Shown here piece by piece: positions 39,687 to 52,622 of a stretch of 64,000 bases of DNA; within the stretch, counting starts at the first letter, position 1, and every line of letters starts with the position of its first letter. The position numbers and the translations under genes are program-made. Source of the DNA: Marsupella aquatica (Eukaryota; Plantae; Marchantiophyta). The notes beneath the pieces are model-generated. The model was not told where the DNA came from and ran no database searches. It saw nothing but the letters and a program-made list of their open reading frames with translations. The DNA lies in the NCBI GenBank assembly GCA_973895155.1, contig OZ316897.1, positions 20,525,224 through 20,589,223 on the forward strand, written 5' to 3'.

Positions 39687-42269
39687 GATGGTATCAGCCC
39701 TTTTGCATTGGCGGGTAAAGCAAAACCATATTCAGTATGGCCAGTAGTTGTGACTAACTACAATATCCCTCCATGGATGGCCATGAAGAAAGGTCATTTA
39801 CTGCTCTCCATGATCATCCCGGGTCCTAAGCAAGTAAAAAAGATTGACATCTACTTGCAACCATTGATTGATGAGCTTTTGCAATTGTGGAGAGGAGTGG
39901 ATTGTTATGACGGACGTCGCAATACAGGAGGTGTACCTCGCGCGTTTACCCTCAAGGCCATCCTTATGTGGACCATGCATGACCTACCAGGTATGACCTG
40001 ATAAACCTTAGCTTATTTCCTTGATGTACTACCTTAAATTTAGTGTGCATTAACCTTATTTCATAATTGGCTGGTTGTATATGGGCTTGGTACAAGGTTT
40101 GGGTATATCTCTGGATTGCAAACATCAGGCTATCGAGCTTGCCCTTCATGCGGACCGGATTTGGAGGGAGTGGCAAGACGCAAGTCAAGTACTTTGCGTA
40201 AGATAGTTTACATTGGTCATACCAAATGTCTTCCAACAGACCATCCTTGGAGGAGTGATCATTTCTTGTATGACACTGATGAGGGGCAACCTGATACTCG
40301 TCCTCAACTTCAACAAAAGGATCCAACATATTGGAGAGAGGTATGGGAGAGAGTTCAAGACCCTGATGATCCATTACAGTTTCTCCGATGTGGCATGACC
40401 TGTTTATCTGCATTGTCACAGTTGCCATATTGGTCAGAGATGCCCATTAATCACTTGTTGGATGCGATGCACATTGAGGGAAATGTGGGGAGATCATTGA
40501 TTCGTCATCTATATGGGGAGAAGAACCACAACTGGAGAGAAAGTTGTGAGGAGATGGGGATGCATGGTCTTTTGGGTTTTTGGCCATCTTTGGACCCCCC
40601 TGGTGATCCCCCTAGCATCCATCCTCCTTGGGTTTTGACCAGGGCAGAGCGCATAGAGTTTCGTAGACGGATTGGGTCAATGAGGTTTCCCACAGGTTAT
40701 GGTGCCAATCTTCGTAAGGCATTTGGGGGGGATGATTCTCCAAAATGGTCATCGTACCTGAAAACACATGATTATCATCGGTTACTAGAACATGTCATTC
40801 CAGTTGCGATTATTGGATTGGGTAGTGAGGAACTTCGTGATGCTCTTTGGTCATTGGGCAAGTTTTTGAGATGGGTATGTCAGAAGGAGGTACCAGAGGA
40901 TGACATTGCTGCGATGGAGATATTTGGAGTAGAGGTTGTTTGCAAGTTGGAGAAGGCACTTCCACCCTCATTCTTTGATGGTCAGGTTCATTTCTTCATA
41001 CATTTAGTGCGTGAGGTAGCAATTGCAGGCCCGGTACATTGTCGATGGATGTATTGGGTAGAGCGTTACATGGGGGTGATGAAGTCATATGTCTCTAATC
41101 GGGCTAGGGTGGAAGGTAGCATTGCAGAGCGTCATCTTGGAGCAGAGAGTATGTTTTATTGTACAAACATAGTTGCCACACTAGATCCAAGGGCACCTAG
41201 GGGATGGATAGATGAGGCGGCACGAGAGGCAGACTATGAGGATGATAGACTCACTGGGGCATCAGGAGAGTGTGGCTTAGGCTCAGCAGAGCGTTTGCAA
41301 CTTACAACATTTATGTTGTATAACTCACCAGAGGTTGTAGGGGAGTGGACAACATTTTATGAGGAGGAGAAGCAAAATAGTCGACGGCCACGGTTGTTTC
41401 CCAAGTTTCACCCATACATGAAATCAAAGTTGTTAGAAGTGGATGCCTTGGTGGGTACCGGAGACAATATATTACATTACCCACAAGTGACTGATAAGCT
41501 TCGTACCTTGGTTCATGGTCCACTGCTTAAAGTCACGACTCGGACGGCAATGTGGTCAAAGGGGAGACATTTCCGTGTGGAACGACTTGATGAGAAGAGA
41601 GCAGCTACACAAGATTGTGGGGTGATGGGTTGGTTCACCCAGGATTCCCAGAGTAGCACGTCGGACATGAACCCCATTCGCTCCACCGTGGCCCATTATG
41701 GGAAGATTGATGAGATCCTGACAGTGAAGTACCATGCACATACTACTTTGGAGGAGGTGGTATTTAAGTGCAAATGGTTCAAGATGAATCTTGTAGGCAA
41801 CAATCGAACATGTGAAGATGATGCATGCGGATTTACCCGTTTGAAGACATCTGCAAATAGTGTCATTAGTTCCAATTGGAGGTCCTCAGATCCCTTTGCC
41901 TTCCCACATCACCTTGAGCAGTTCTTTTACCTACCCTATCCAGATGACCCACATTGGTCCATTGTCATGCCTTATATCCCTAGATCACGGTCTATAGTCC
42001 AAGAGAGACCCAATGTCGTTGTAGTGGAAGACAACGACATCCCCGACCCTCCACAAGCTAGTTAGTATATTTTGTATATAGCTAGGCCCCCCCAACCACA
42101 CCACCTTCATGTTTTTTTTAATCGGCAATATAAAAGTTGGCATCATTACTTCTTTAATTGTCATGGTATGCACATGCCCAAAATCTCTTGGTTATATATA
42201 GAAGTGTCCTTACTTTATATACCCTTCCAAAGAACCCCCCGCCTTATGTCCCATTGACCGTCCCATGAA

Positions 42270-42760
42270 AAAGCCATCGGATTTCCATCGCACCTTCTAA
42301 AAACAGAAACCAGACTTTCTGATACTCCCAACTAAGGACTATTCCATATAAAACCCATCGGACACACATTTCCGATCCTCTCCACAGCGGACACCTTCTC
42401 CTCCTTTGTTGACGAGGTATCCGATCCAACATCCGATGGACAATGTCCGACATAACTTTTTATGCACAAAATATCCGACCCTAAACCCAACGGACACAAA
42501 TATCCGATGCATTCCGTGATGGTCTCAGTCCGATACAACTACCAACGCAAACATCTTGCGATGCATTAAGGTTCGGACGCATTATGTGGTCATGGCGACA
42601 TAGTTTCCGATATGTTTAGCATCGGAGATTGTCCGATAGTAGTACGATGGGACAGCATATGCGATGGGTTTTACATCGGAATTGGCAGGTCTGATGGGAT
42701 CAGGATCGGAAAATACGTTGTAGAGCACATCGGATATTGTCCGAAGTGTTTGGCATGGGA
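42270..42760. repeat. Right CACTA subterminal repeat region (TCCGAT/ATCGGA)
   Basis: More than ten TCCGA/TCGGA motifs in both orientations. Confidence 0.85.
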
Positions 42761-44199
42761 TGGGTGACGTTTGGCTCAAAATTAAGGAGTATCAGAAAAC
42801 CGCCAAAAATGTACTAGTGAGGAGAATTGAATTGGGAGTGAGAAGGCTAGTAGTTTGAACCACCAAGAGAACATGAGTCACGTTGAAGCAACGACAGGAT
42901 GTAGCATTGTGGTCACGCCGAGAGCAAGCTTATGAAGGCTGTGATATGATCAAAAGAAATTTTGTTTTGAAGGGTGATTCTGAAGATCGTGTGGGAAAGC
43001 AGTATTCAAGGCAATGATTTGAGTCAAGTGGAAAGCTATGGCTGAGGCAAGAGAGATCGAGTTCAGCCGCGCTGCTTCCTTCAATCTAACCAACCAGGCC
43101 AGATCAACCTAAATCACTTGAGACGATGAGTTGACAACCTTAACAAGAGGCAGAAAGAGAATAGCAGAGACCGGAAGCCAAACAGAGACAGCCTTGAATG
43201 AAGTCGGGTGGATCGAGAGCAAATCAGGACCCGATCGGGATCATAAGAAAATTTTTCAAAACCCTAACCTCATAAGGGACGAACGTAGGCGCCTTCTCTT
43301 TCCCTGAATTTCACAATGTTGCTCAACCGCTGACAGCTTCTTGTTGGTCGATCTGCAAGCCATAAAGGATGAAAGGAAATACCCATTACACACGATCGAG
43401 TGAAGTACAGGCATTACAAGAGGCCAAAGATGGATGTTGAATTGGTCGTTTGCTGATTCAATGAAGATTCCAATAAGAGCCATTTGATACAGTCGTATCA
43501 AATTGGAGAAGATAGAAGCAAATGTCGTGGAGGAAGAACATCTTGGCTTTGGTTGTGAACGTACGGGAGATGGCATCCAGCGAAAGAAACGAATCATTGT
43601 TGTGGGGTCTAGATCTGATAGCATTTTCTGAATCCTAAATATGGAATGTTGTGCTTGTCCAAGAATGAGCCTGAGAAGCTGATCGCAATCAAAGAATGAG
43701 CCAAAGCGACAAGTGAGATTTCAAGAGACACACATGAGTGACTTAACATGCAACATTCGATCTCAAAATCCTCGAGAAAAACTCGAACACCAGATAAGTG
43801 CAACCCTCATTAAATGCATAGTATAGTAAAGAGTTTCTGAAATACAAATGCTTGGGTGCACTTATCCAAAGACAAGAGAATCCCATGTGTTTCAGTGAAA
43901 AATCTTCATTTTTGAAAAACTATCCATATATGCACATATTAACAAAGAAAATCTTGTTGACAACGGATGTTTTGCACTTATGGATAAACAAATGAAATGG
44001 AAAATGATAAGTGCACATTGCAAATTTACACAGCAATTTACACAGTTTACACATGTAAACACATCAACTGGTTTAGGGAAATTACATGTCACTTGTTGAA
44101 TTTCCATACATTAACATGCCTTACATGTGCAACACATGCTTTACATGCATTTGACATATTTACATGTCATACCACCCTTACTTGACTTTGCATATTGGA

Positions 44200-44625
44200 A
44201 ATAATGGTTTTATACCAAATACCTCTACTTTCCATTTACAAAGTGGTTGTTACACCCACTTCAATCACAAAATGGTTTTTACACCATTTGACACCCCTAG
44301 TTTACACCTAATGATACCATTCTAGATTATACCTCATGACACCAGTTTACACTGGTGTATGTCTTACCATTGTATAATCCCATGCTTTACATTGGGTTTA
44401 TACTTGTTTACACTGGTTACACCAGATCACACTTGCTTATAGCATTTACACTGGTTTACACCAATTTACACCATCAGGGGGAGTAAACTTTGGTCCATAC
44501 ACTTTTTGTGTGTAAATTGACCATTTACAACTTTTACACCAATTGACATGGGTTTACACCCATTTACACCCTACATTAGGGCAATATCTTACTTAAGGGC
44601 CTTATCCTCATGGTCTTTACACCAT
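44200..44625. repeat. Degenerate TTTACAC(C/T) motif-rich low-complexity array in the LTR element interior
   Basis: Many TTTACACC/TTTACACTGG units at irregular spacing. Confidence 0.6.
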
Positions 44626-46162
44626 AAACAACTCCAACGAGAGCTTTTATAGCCATTGTTCGGTGGGATGATAGTTTTTAAGTATGGAACTAATACCATA
44701 CCTTTAACCATGCTCTATGACCTAGTTTTTGAGGTATTTTGGTAAGGTATAGATTTTCTGAGATCCAGTGATCGATGGCAGATATGTTTCTCACGAAAGA
44801 TCCAAAATAATCTAAGGTACAGTACTTCATGTTAGTTCCATGACCTTAGTTTCCAGCCATATCCAAAAGCGGATAATCAATAACCCTTTAGGGGTTTAAC
44901 TGTGAATATTTAGAAACCCGAAGTAAACTCAAATCAGAATGAGTAATGAGGGGTTAATATGGGCAAACCCCATAACTTTGTCCGGTCCAACTTAATTCTA
45001 GCTTTCAACTATAATATATGCATAAAATGCATATTTAGGGGGAGAAAGTTTATTTTCTCAAACCCCAATCACACTTGATTTACCCACTACGAGCACATTT
45101 TGGTACTTGGTCATTAAGTGGGATCTTTTGACTATCACTAGCTCTAAACTATTTTTATGCGGAGTTGTTTGACGTTTATGAATATCACTTTACCTCCGCA
45201 AGATAGCGAATCATTTTGAGCTAGCATTTTTCTGCGCTATGACACACATGGACGTTCGACTGAATGTTTGGACTCCACAGGGTTATTTGTGAAGTTATAT
45301 TGGCTTGACACTTTTTGTCAAAATATGAGAACTGCAGACGTGCAGGGCAGACGTTTCATATTATACACACACCCGCTGGTGTTGTGAATGCACACCCTTT
45401 GGTGCTGCAGATTATTTTTCATATAAAAACTATTTGATACTACATGTTTTTGAAATCTAAGATTGAGAGATTTCTTTGTGTGTCGACTACACACGCTTGC
45501 GAATTGTGCATTTTGCACAAGAACCCTCTATTTAAGAATCTAATTAGGAGTCCTTGAACTCTAAGGGAGAGTTTCGATATTTGAGTTTTACGAGAATAAT
45601 ATATTCCTCGAAACCTTGTTTTGAGGGGGAGATCATATTTTTTGGACTTTTTACATCCCATACTTTACGCACTCAGTTGCACGAGATGACATTATTTATT
45701 ATTATACTTTACACTTTGCGCAGATGAGCCATGGAAAAGTGATTTTATGATAATAACTTAATTACTAATCATTTTTTCATATATGTTTTAATTTGTATTC
45801 GATGCGAGGATGTATGTGCGGATGTATGCGCGATGGTGAGCGATTTGGAGACATGTCGCGTTGTTGTTGAGTCGTTGAGCATACGACAACTTGTTCATTT
45901 TGACGGAGTGGAGTTGTTACTGTTAACCCCACATACCACCGGATTCACTTGAGGACCGACAGGGCTGTACTCTTTTTCCTTTAGAGCCGAGATATTTTAT
46001 TTTTTTCTCTGTTACCTTGATAGAGTTTTTTAGAATTGTTAAAGGTTTTAACGAGGCAATACCTTCCTCATTTGTACTCAAATCATGCCATGTTTATAAG
46101 CATGATAATCTAGTTAGAAGACTTTTTGTCTACATAGTTATCACTATATAGCCAAGGGGGAG

Positions 46163-46303
46163 TGTTATACCCTAACTAGACTCCATGGTTACCTTAACCA
46201 TAGTTACCGTATAGGATAACTCGGACGGAGACTATATAAAGAGATGCACCCATTCATTCTATAGAGAGGAATCTCATTATCATTTCCGCATCATTCCTCA
46301 ACA
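46163..46303 (+). repeat. 3' LTR (141 bp), preceded by a polypurine tract
   Basis: AAGGGGGAG|TGTTATACCC...CATTCCTCAACA|AAAAT. Confidence 0.95.
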
Positions 46304-47964
46304 AAAATGAAAATTTGGGTTTTTTTGTGAAGAATACGAAACCTCCGATGGCGTAGGGGATTGCGCTAGAAGCCCCCATGGTATGGACTACTATAAAATG
46401 CTTAGCACTCTGTACAGTTGTAATTAAAGTGTGACCTGATAACAGGCTCCTGACCGGTTGAAGCTTGTTTCCATTGATTTACTCAGTCACTCATGCACTA
46501 ACTACTCAGGGCATCCTTTACAAAGCGGCACATCCTTCCCCAAAGCCGTAATAGCTGCTCATGTCCAAATTAGTTAATCTAGGGTGTCCTTCACAAAAGT
46601 GAAATGCCCATCATTTGGCCGTTGGTTTATAATATTTGGCATTTTTGCACTTATTGCCAAAGGAGCAAATGATTTCAGAAAATTCTCAAACCTTGTCAGG
46701 TAATAGATTGGACATGAGAGAACATGTTGGAGAATTTTGAGCTTGAATAAAAAATCCAAAAATTGTCCAAATAAATGCGCAAGACTGCCAAACAGCAGCA
46801 TTTTCAATTGGTTGGGAAGTCTCAAACAACTATTTGGGTGTCCCTCAAAAGTGAAACATCCTTATGAACACAACTAGTGAATGTGACTTTGGGGTGTAAG
46901 TGAGGCAGGGTGTTACACAGTCCATTGGGAGTGGCCAAACAAACCCCTCAATCATTTTTGAAACTTGATAAAAAAAAAAATGTACAACACATTTGAGGAA
47001 TATTCTAAGACATATCCATTGTTACTGGGTTGGTCTAGTGTAAGGCTAAGATGACCAAACCCAGGAAGGTTGGGCCAAAAGTCATCACTAACGTTCAAAA
47101 GTAAAATCATCAAAAAATTCATCCCCAATCATGGTATTGAAACTGTCTATATTCAATTGTCAGCTTATTATATTGGGCGTCCACTAGATTGGGCCAAAAA
47201 GTCACCCACTAGATGGGTTATTGGTGGGATTTAATTGTTATTACCTTACTGGGATTTTTTGTTACTGGACATGTTGAATGACTGTATAATGCATTGACCC
47301 AGAGTGTTACCTTCAAGAGACTACTCATTTAAATTTATCTTTTGAGATTTTTGTTACAATTTGCCTTAGGCAAGGTGAATGGTTTTTGTATTATTGAAAT
47401 TTGAAATTGTTTTTACCCCAATTAAAATTTTTGATTTTCATCTATTTTGGACTAGCCCCCTCCTTAGCTCTTTGTCTGTTTTTCAATAGTAATGCCCATC
47501 GTTTAGTGGTTATTTTCATCCTTGATTTAATAGTATTTTAGAATCTCTTCCCACAAGTATGAGAAAGAAAGGCTTCAACATAATCTCAACTCCTCCCCTT
47601 TAACTACACTTCAAAGTTTTGTTTCATAAATCTATGGTTTTGAGTGGAGGTATTTTCTTGATGGGACCCCAAAATGATAAGTGTTAATCAATAAGACCCC
47701 AGCCTAAGGTTTTGAGTATGTTTATTCAAGGTCTATCAAGTTCAATCAATGGTCTGGATTACTCAGAGATCCTATGAAGTAACACTTTTCATTTTAGGGT
47801 CCAAACAAGCAAATACCTTGTTTTCTGTGACTTAGCGTCAGAACCTAGAAGTATATGCAAATTACAGGACCTTTCAAGAAAGGAGTTCACAACCATTTAG
47901 AAGAATTAGTTCATGGACCCCAATCTGTTTTGAAGTACTTTCCCTTAGGCATTTAGATCTTAGA

Positions 47965-48112
47965 ATGAGATCCACCGGAGGGAGACATTTTTGAGTCTTC
48001 GGTGAATTTGGAAGAATCGCATTACCAATTGGGAATTGACGAGGGGTTCAAGGATGGTGTCGAGGCTGGCAAGGTGGACGGGAGAGAAGTAGGGTTGAAG
48101 AACGGATTTCAG
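47965..48112 (+). pseudogene. LTO1/ORAOV1-like (Yae1_N domain) N-terminal gene fragment
   Basis: Frame from 47969 reads DPPEGDIFESSVNLEESHYQLGIDEGFKDGVEAGKVDGREVGLKNGFQ, with GxxxG repeats; the ATG at 47965 is out of frame by one extra base; no downstream exon recognised. Confidence 0.65.
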
Positions 48113-49519
48113 GTGGGCTGCTGTGGCCATTGACTCGAGTGCTTCCTCGCCTAGTGTGACACCTGATTTTTTTGCAAAATCAGTGGAAGATGGAAACAAG
48201 ATGCAAAGTTCGCGAATTAATTGCATTTTGGTACCAAAATGCCCAACTCTACCTTGCTGACAATACTTATGAAGGACGCTTCTGGAAGGCGTCCCATGGA
48301 GACCAAACTTATGAACATAAGGACGATACTCGGCGGTATTTCAAAGACAGATTTTTGTTTGGCGTTCACCCTAGTTATTTAGTGATCTTTTTCTACCTTA
48401 GCTTAGTACTCAACTTTTATTACTTTTTTCTAGGTTTTGAAAAGGCATGACTTTTCATTTCCCCTTTTTCTGCTCCACTTAGACCTATAAGACTCTTGTT
48501 TTCCTTTTTGTTTTTCAGTGAAACTTGTATTCAGTATTGCAAACTTTTGTAAGTTTCCCTCCTTCCTTTGTAATCATTGCTTTCGAGAATGATTTATGAA
48601 TGAAGTAAAACACTTCCTTTGTGATGTAATGAATTTATTTCAGAAGATTCCTAATGGTACTTGAGTTTTATTACAGATTTCCAAGATCAAATGAATTCAA
48701 ATTAGGATTGCTTGTGGGTCAAGAATCGCTAGGAATTCAATGATAAATGTGGATAGAAAGGAGCAAGATTCTGATTTCAGAATAGTTAGTACCGTTACCC
48801 TTACTTTGGCATACCCACTAGTGATAGATCGGAGAACTTACGTATCGCCGAATCTATCCATGTTGACGGCATTTTAGTGAGTATCATTGTATCGGTCACC
48901 AGAAAGCTACTTTGGTGTTGGTGAGCATTTATCCTTTCTGTTTATATTTTCATGGTGATGGAGAAGAGCAATTGAGGTGAGATTTGTTGCAATCTTGTTA
49001 ACACTATAAGACCAGAATCCTTTTTGAAGGAGTGGCAGTGGAGATTCAATCCATTGGACCTTGGTTCTAAAAGCTTTTCCATAATCCATGACTTGGGAAT
49101 TAATCTTTTCTATTCATTTTGTTAGCTTATCCATTTGTTTCTCTTTTGTCTGAAGATTTGGTTGAGTGATACTCTTAAGTCTTCAAAACAGTTACAATCA
49201 TTCAATCCATTCTTATTTTGTTCTTAAAGGGATCGAAACCTTGGTCTTTAAGTGAAAAGTGTCACTTTGGATTCTTCCGGCTTTACTACACAGAGGGCTC
49301 AATGAAGCATAAAGCAGTTCAAAGAGAAGTTGCTAGGATACCCTTTCTGTGATCCGGAGGACAAGTAAGTGCAGGATAATTAATTAATTAATTAATTGAA
49401 CAAGAGGGTGGACAGTCGATTATTTGGGGTTAAAAAAATGGTTACGAGTCTATGATTACTTCAACATTTTTTACCTAGAGTAAATAAAATGGTTACTTTT
49501 AAAACAGTTTTACATCAAG

Positions 49520-49685
49520 TTTTACGGCATGGCGTCCTTGATTTTACCAAAATCATGCCACAAACACGACTGTTGAAGCAAATTTTGTTTTGTAAACCAA
49601 TATGTACCTGTTTGCGGTGCATCTCGATGACATGGCGCGCTGTGGTGCCAAGAAGTTTGGAAGGGACCTCTAGTAGGGTCCGTAA
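49520..49685 (+). repeat. Dispersed repeat, diverged direct copy at ~56750-56912
   Basis: Shared TTTACGGCA..GCGTCC, CACAAACACGA and TGGC(G/A)CGCTGTGGTGCCA...TTTGGAAGGGACCTCTAGT(A/G)GGGTCCGTAA. Confidence 0.7.
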
Positions 49686-52450
49686 CAAGTGCAAGTGAAT
49701 ACCAACTACCATGAACTTTGGGAAGGTTATTAAAGTCAAAGCAACCTTATGGATTCATTTTGGGATTATCCAAGATCTAATGATTACTATCAAACTGCCT
49801 ATTTGAGGAGGTAGAACAAACCCACTAACTATATTGCTTGCATTATGGCGTACCAAGCTTTGTACACGCAGTATACAAGCAAGCTATTTAAACCATTATG
49901 GAATATTTAAATTTAATGCAAACATTTAGGAAATACAATAACAAGTTAGAGATTCTCTATTAAGCATTTTGCTACAAAACACTGATTGCATACATGGTTT
50001 TAAAAGCAAAAGATTATGGCATTGCGCTATAATTTGAAAGATAAAGCAAAAGATTAAGAGGTATTTCTATGTTGCGAGCAAACAGGAGATTTTAATAGTA
50101 AGAAAATGTTATTAGCGAGACACTAATGATTTCAAATTTCATTTGCTTTTTGGTGCCATTCCTATTTTTTGTGTTTTTTAAAGACTCCAACTGGCTAGCG
50201 AGCTTGCTGGCAAAAAGGGGAGTCCCCAAAAGGGATGTTATCCACCAGGTAGTTGATAGCGAGGCAGTTGCATGTAGAAAAGTTGGGGTCATGCAAAAAT
50301 TGTTTTTGCTTGTGTGAGGAAAAAATTTATTGTTTGCTCGCACGTTACAATTACCCAAAGATTAACATCAAATAAAAAGATTATGGCATTTCGCTATAAT
50401 TTGAAAGGTTTTGCAGAGAGCATGCACCAACCTCATCGCCCTACTGGTGGCCATGTGCTATGCACCTTTCTACTCTGTGTCTGTTTATTAATCGACTGGG
50501 CCAATGCCTATTCATTACACAATTCTTGTTGCATCCATGTTTTCATTACGTCAGAGTTGTTGTTTTGGAACTGTGTCATGATCTGGGTCATGATTCAAAC
50601 ATGTGTTGTTATTGCAAAATGCTGTCCTTGCACACATTCATGTAGCCAAGCGATGCAAAGGTTGACAAAAAAAAGGGGAAATAGAAGAATGATGCTGTGA
50701 GAGTCAAGATGAGGCAAATCCAGACATAGGGGCAGCTTGAGCATGTCTGCTGAGCAACAAAGAAATAGGCCAAGTCCCCTTATAGCTTGCCTCTCCCACC
50801 AGTCTGATGATCTATTCCCCTTGGTTTCCTGAATCCAATGACCATAAAAACACAAGCAATATGACCTTCAGTTTGACAGGTCTGTGGAGGAGTTGGCACA
50901 AGGAATTGGGCAGACTAAGAGTGCAAGTTGCATAGGTGTGGGAAGTTAGGCATTGCTCACAGTCTGCATCATGTCAGTATCTGAGTCAACAAGATACCAC
51001 ACATGAGCTTGATTGCAATGTCCAAGATAGTTGACAATGAGAGCACTACAAATCTACAAAATTCAATGACAACTTCTACTTAGTATCAATAATCCACATT
51101 GCTTAATGCTTTCCCTTGGGGACTCAACTCAGTCCACATTCCTTAGTTATGTTGTCTATATATTGGAGATCCAAGCCAAGCGAGCTACACCACTTTGGCA
51201 AAGTCTTCACATGCTAATTAAGTTTGTCAACAAATCCCACATCCCTGTGCCTGCCGGTAATCACACATCAATATGTGATAATATATGGTGCGCACTCATT
51301 GACTTAAAGAAATAACAAGATTTGTCATGGTATGAAGGGATGCCGCACACTGTATATGTCATATTTTGATGTGCATTTACTGAGACCCATCCATGTGCTT
51401 CCAAATAACTGACTGAGGTGCTCTCCATAGTCAGCTGTAGTCAACAGCCTTGAGAATAATTGTTACAAGTTTGATCAAGCTCAGTCAATTCTCTAAGTCA
51501 TTTTTGGCTGCAAGTCCACTCCTGGAGTTATAAGGAAACTGTTGGGTGTAAAATGTTGTCACTTCATCTTTGAGCACTTGAAGCAATGTTAAGTGAGCAC
51601 TACTAACAATCAGTGCCACTAAAAGAGTGACTTCATGTGAAATGCAATTAGTGACACCAAAATCAATATGACTCCTATTGTCTATTTAGTGTGAGACATA
51701 CACAGTAGGTGTTGTTTAGTGAAATTATCCGCCCAGGATTGGGACTTCTCAGGATTATAGCTTCATACAATGAACTAGAAAAAGGATGTTGTCAGGGTAT
51801 TTAATGTACCAAGTAGAAAAAGTTATTGGGAGACTCTAAGCTTATCACTTCTTCATGTACATGCATTCCTTGGCCTTATCCCAACACATTTGCCTAGGCT
51901 TACACTGTGCACCCTTTTTCAGATAATCTCACTGCCCAACAAATTGAAGTCCTTTATTGAGAGGGCTATCATAAATTCCTAGCAAAAGTTACTTTCTAAA
52001 TGGACCGCGTCTCCCCAATAATGGGGATTGGATATTATAGCGGACCATGAATATGCATTTTATGGAGAATCCAAGGGGCTATCATAATTACACACCAAAA
52101 GCTGTTTGCAAATGGACCTTGGCTCCCAATAATGGCGAGATTGGAGAGTTGCTGACTAAGATAAGAATGCATTCTATGGTGGGAAAAAAGGTGGAGCTAC
52201 ACTCGAGGGGGCAGCTGATAGCAGTATGTGGCTTGTGGCTGCTATAAATTACGTGTCCAGTTAAATAGAGACTTTTGTAAATGTATAAATTCTAGGTCAT
52301 CAGATAAATCCTCAGCCATTAGATTTCCTAAATGGAGCTTCCAGATCATTTTGGTGTGTGACAAAAGTGAACACTCGTGTGTGATTGCATGCATGCCTGC
52401 ATGTTGGATACATACACAAAATGTGTATTTACTTCTCACCGTCAGATATC

Positions 52451-52606
52451 CATCACCTATAGGGGATCAAGTGTTGTAAATAAAAGATATGTACATGCAT
52501 CCATGATATGTCAAGGCCTACTCAATGCATCACCTATAGGGGATCACGTGTTATAAATAAAAGATATGTACATGCATCCAATGATATGTCAAGGCCTACT
52601 CAATGC
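52451..52606. repeat. Tandem duplication, ~77-bp unit x2
   Basis: CATCACCTATAGGGGATCA.GTGTT.TAAATAAAAGATATGTACATGCATCC...TGATATGTCAAGGCCTACTCAATGC twice. Confidence 0.85.
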
Positions 52607-52622
52607 GTAAAGTAATCTTCCA

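Larger units (their letters stand above)
37665..42065 (+). pseudogene. CACTA Tnp2/TnpD-like DDE transposase core, interrupted by three MITEs; coding pieces 37665-37693, 38177-38461, 38797-39354, 39695-39990, 40096-42065
   Basis: IHACVNDCILFRG...CPKC, LGLAADGISPF...YSVWPV...YNIPPW, WTMHDLPG, LDAMHIEGN, LKTHDYH, SFFDGQVHFFIHL, RWMYWVER, FKCKWF, DPFAFP; the frame is restored when each MITE plus one TSD copy is removed. Confidence 0.93.
31807..42819. mobile_element. CACTA (En/Spm) DNA transposon, 11,013 bp
   Basis: Termini CACTAGTA...TACTAGTG; 3-bp TSD AGG on both sides; TCCGAT/ATCGGA subterminal arrays; contains Tnp2/TnpD-like and TnpA-like genes. Confidence 0.96.
31553..46303 (+). mobile_element. 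Non-autonomous Ty1/Copia (Bianca-like) LTR retroelement, ~3.7 kb without the nested CACTA
   Basis: TG...CA LTR pair, 5-bp TSD AAAAT (31548-31552, 46304-46308), PBS after the 5' LTR, PPT CCAAGGGGGAG before the 3' LTR; no gag/pol ORF recognisable in 42823-46162. Confidence 0.92.

Noticed and set aside
42823-46162. gag/pol coding in the LTR element interior
   Set aside because: No gag, integrase, RT or RNase H motifs were recognisable in any listed ORF or by manual reading.
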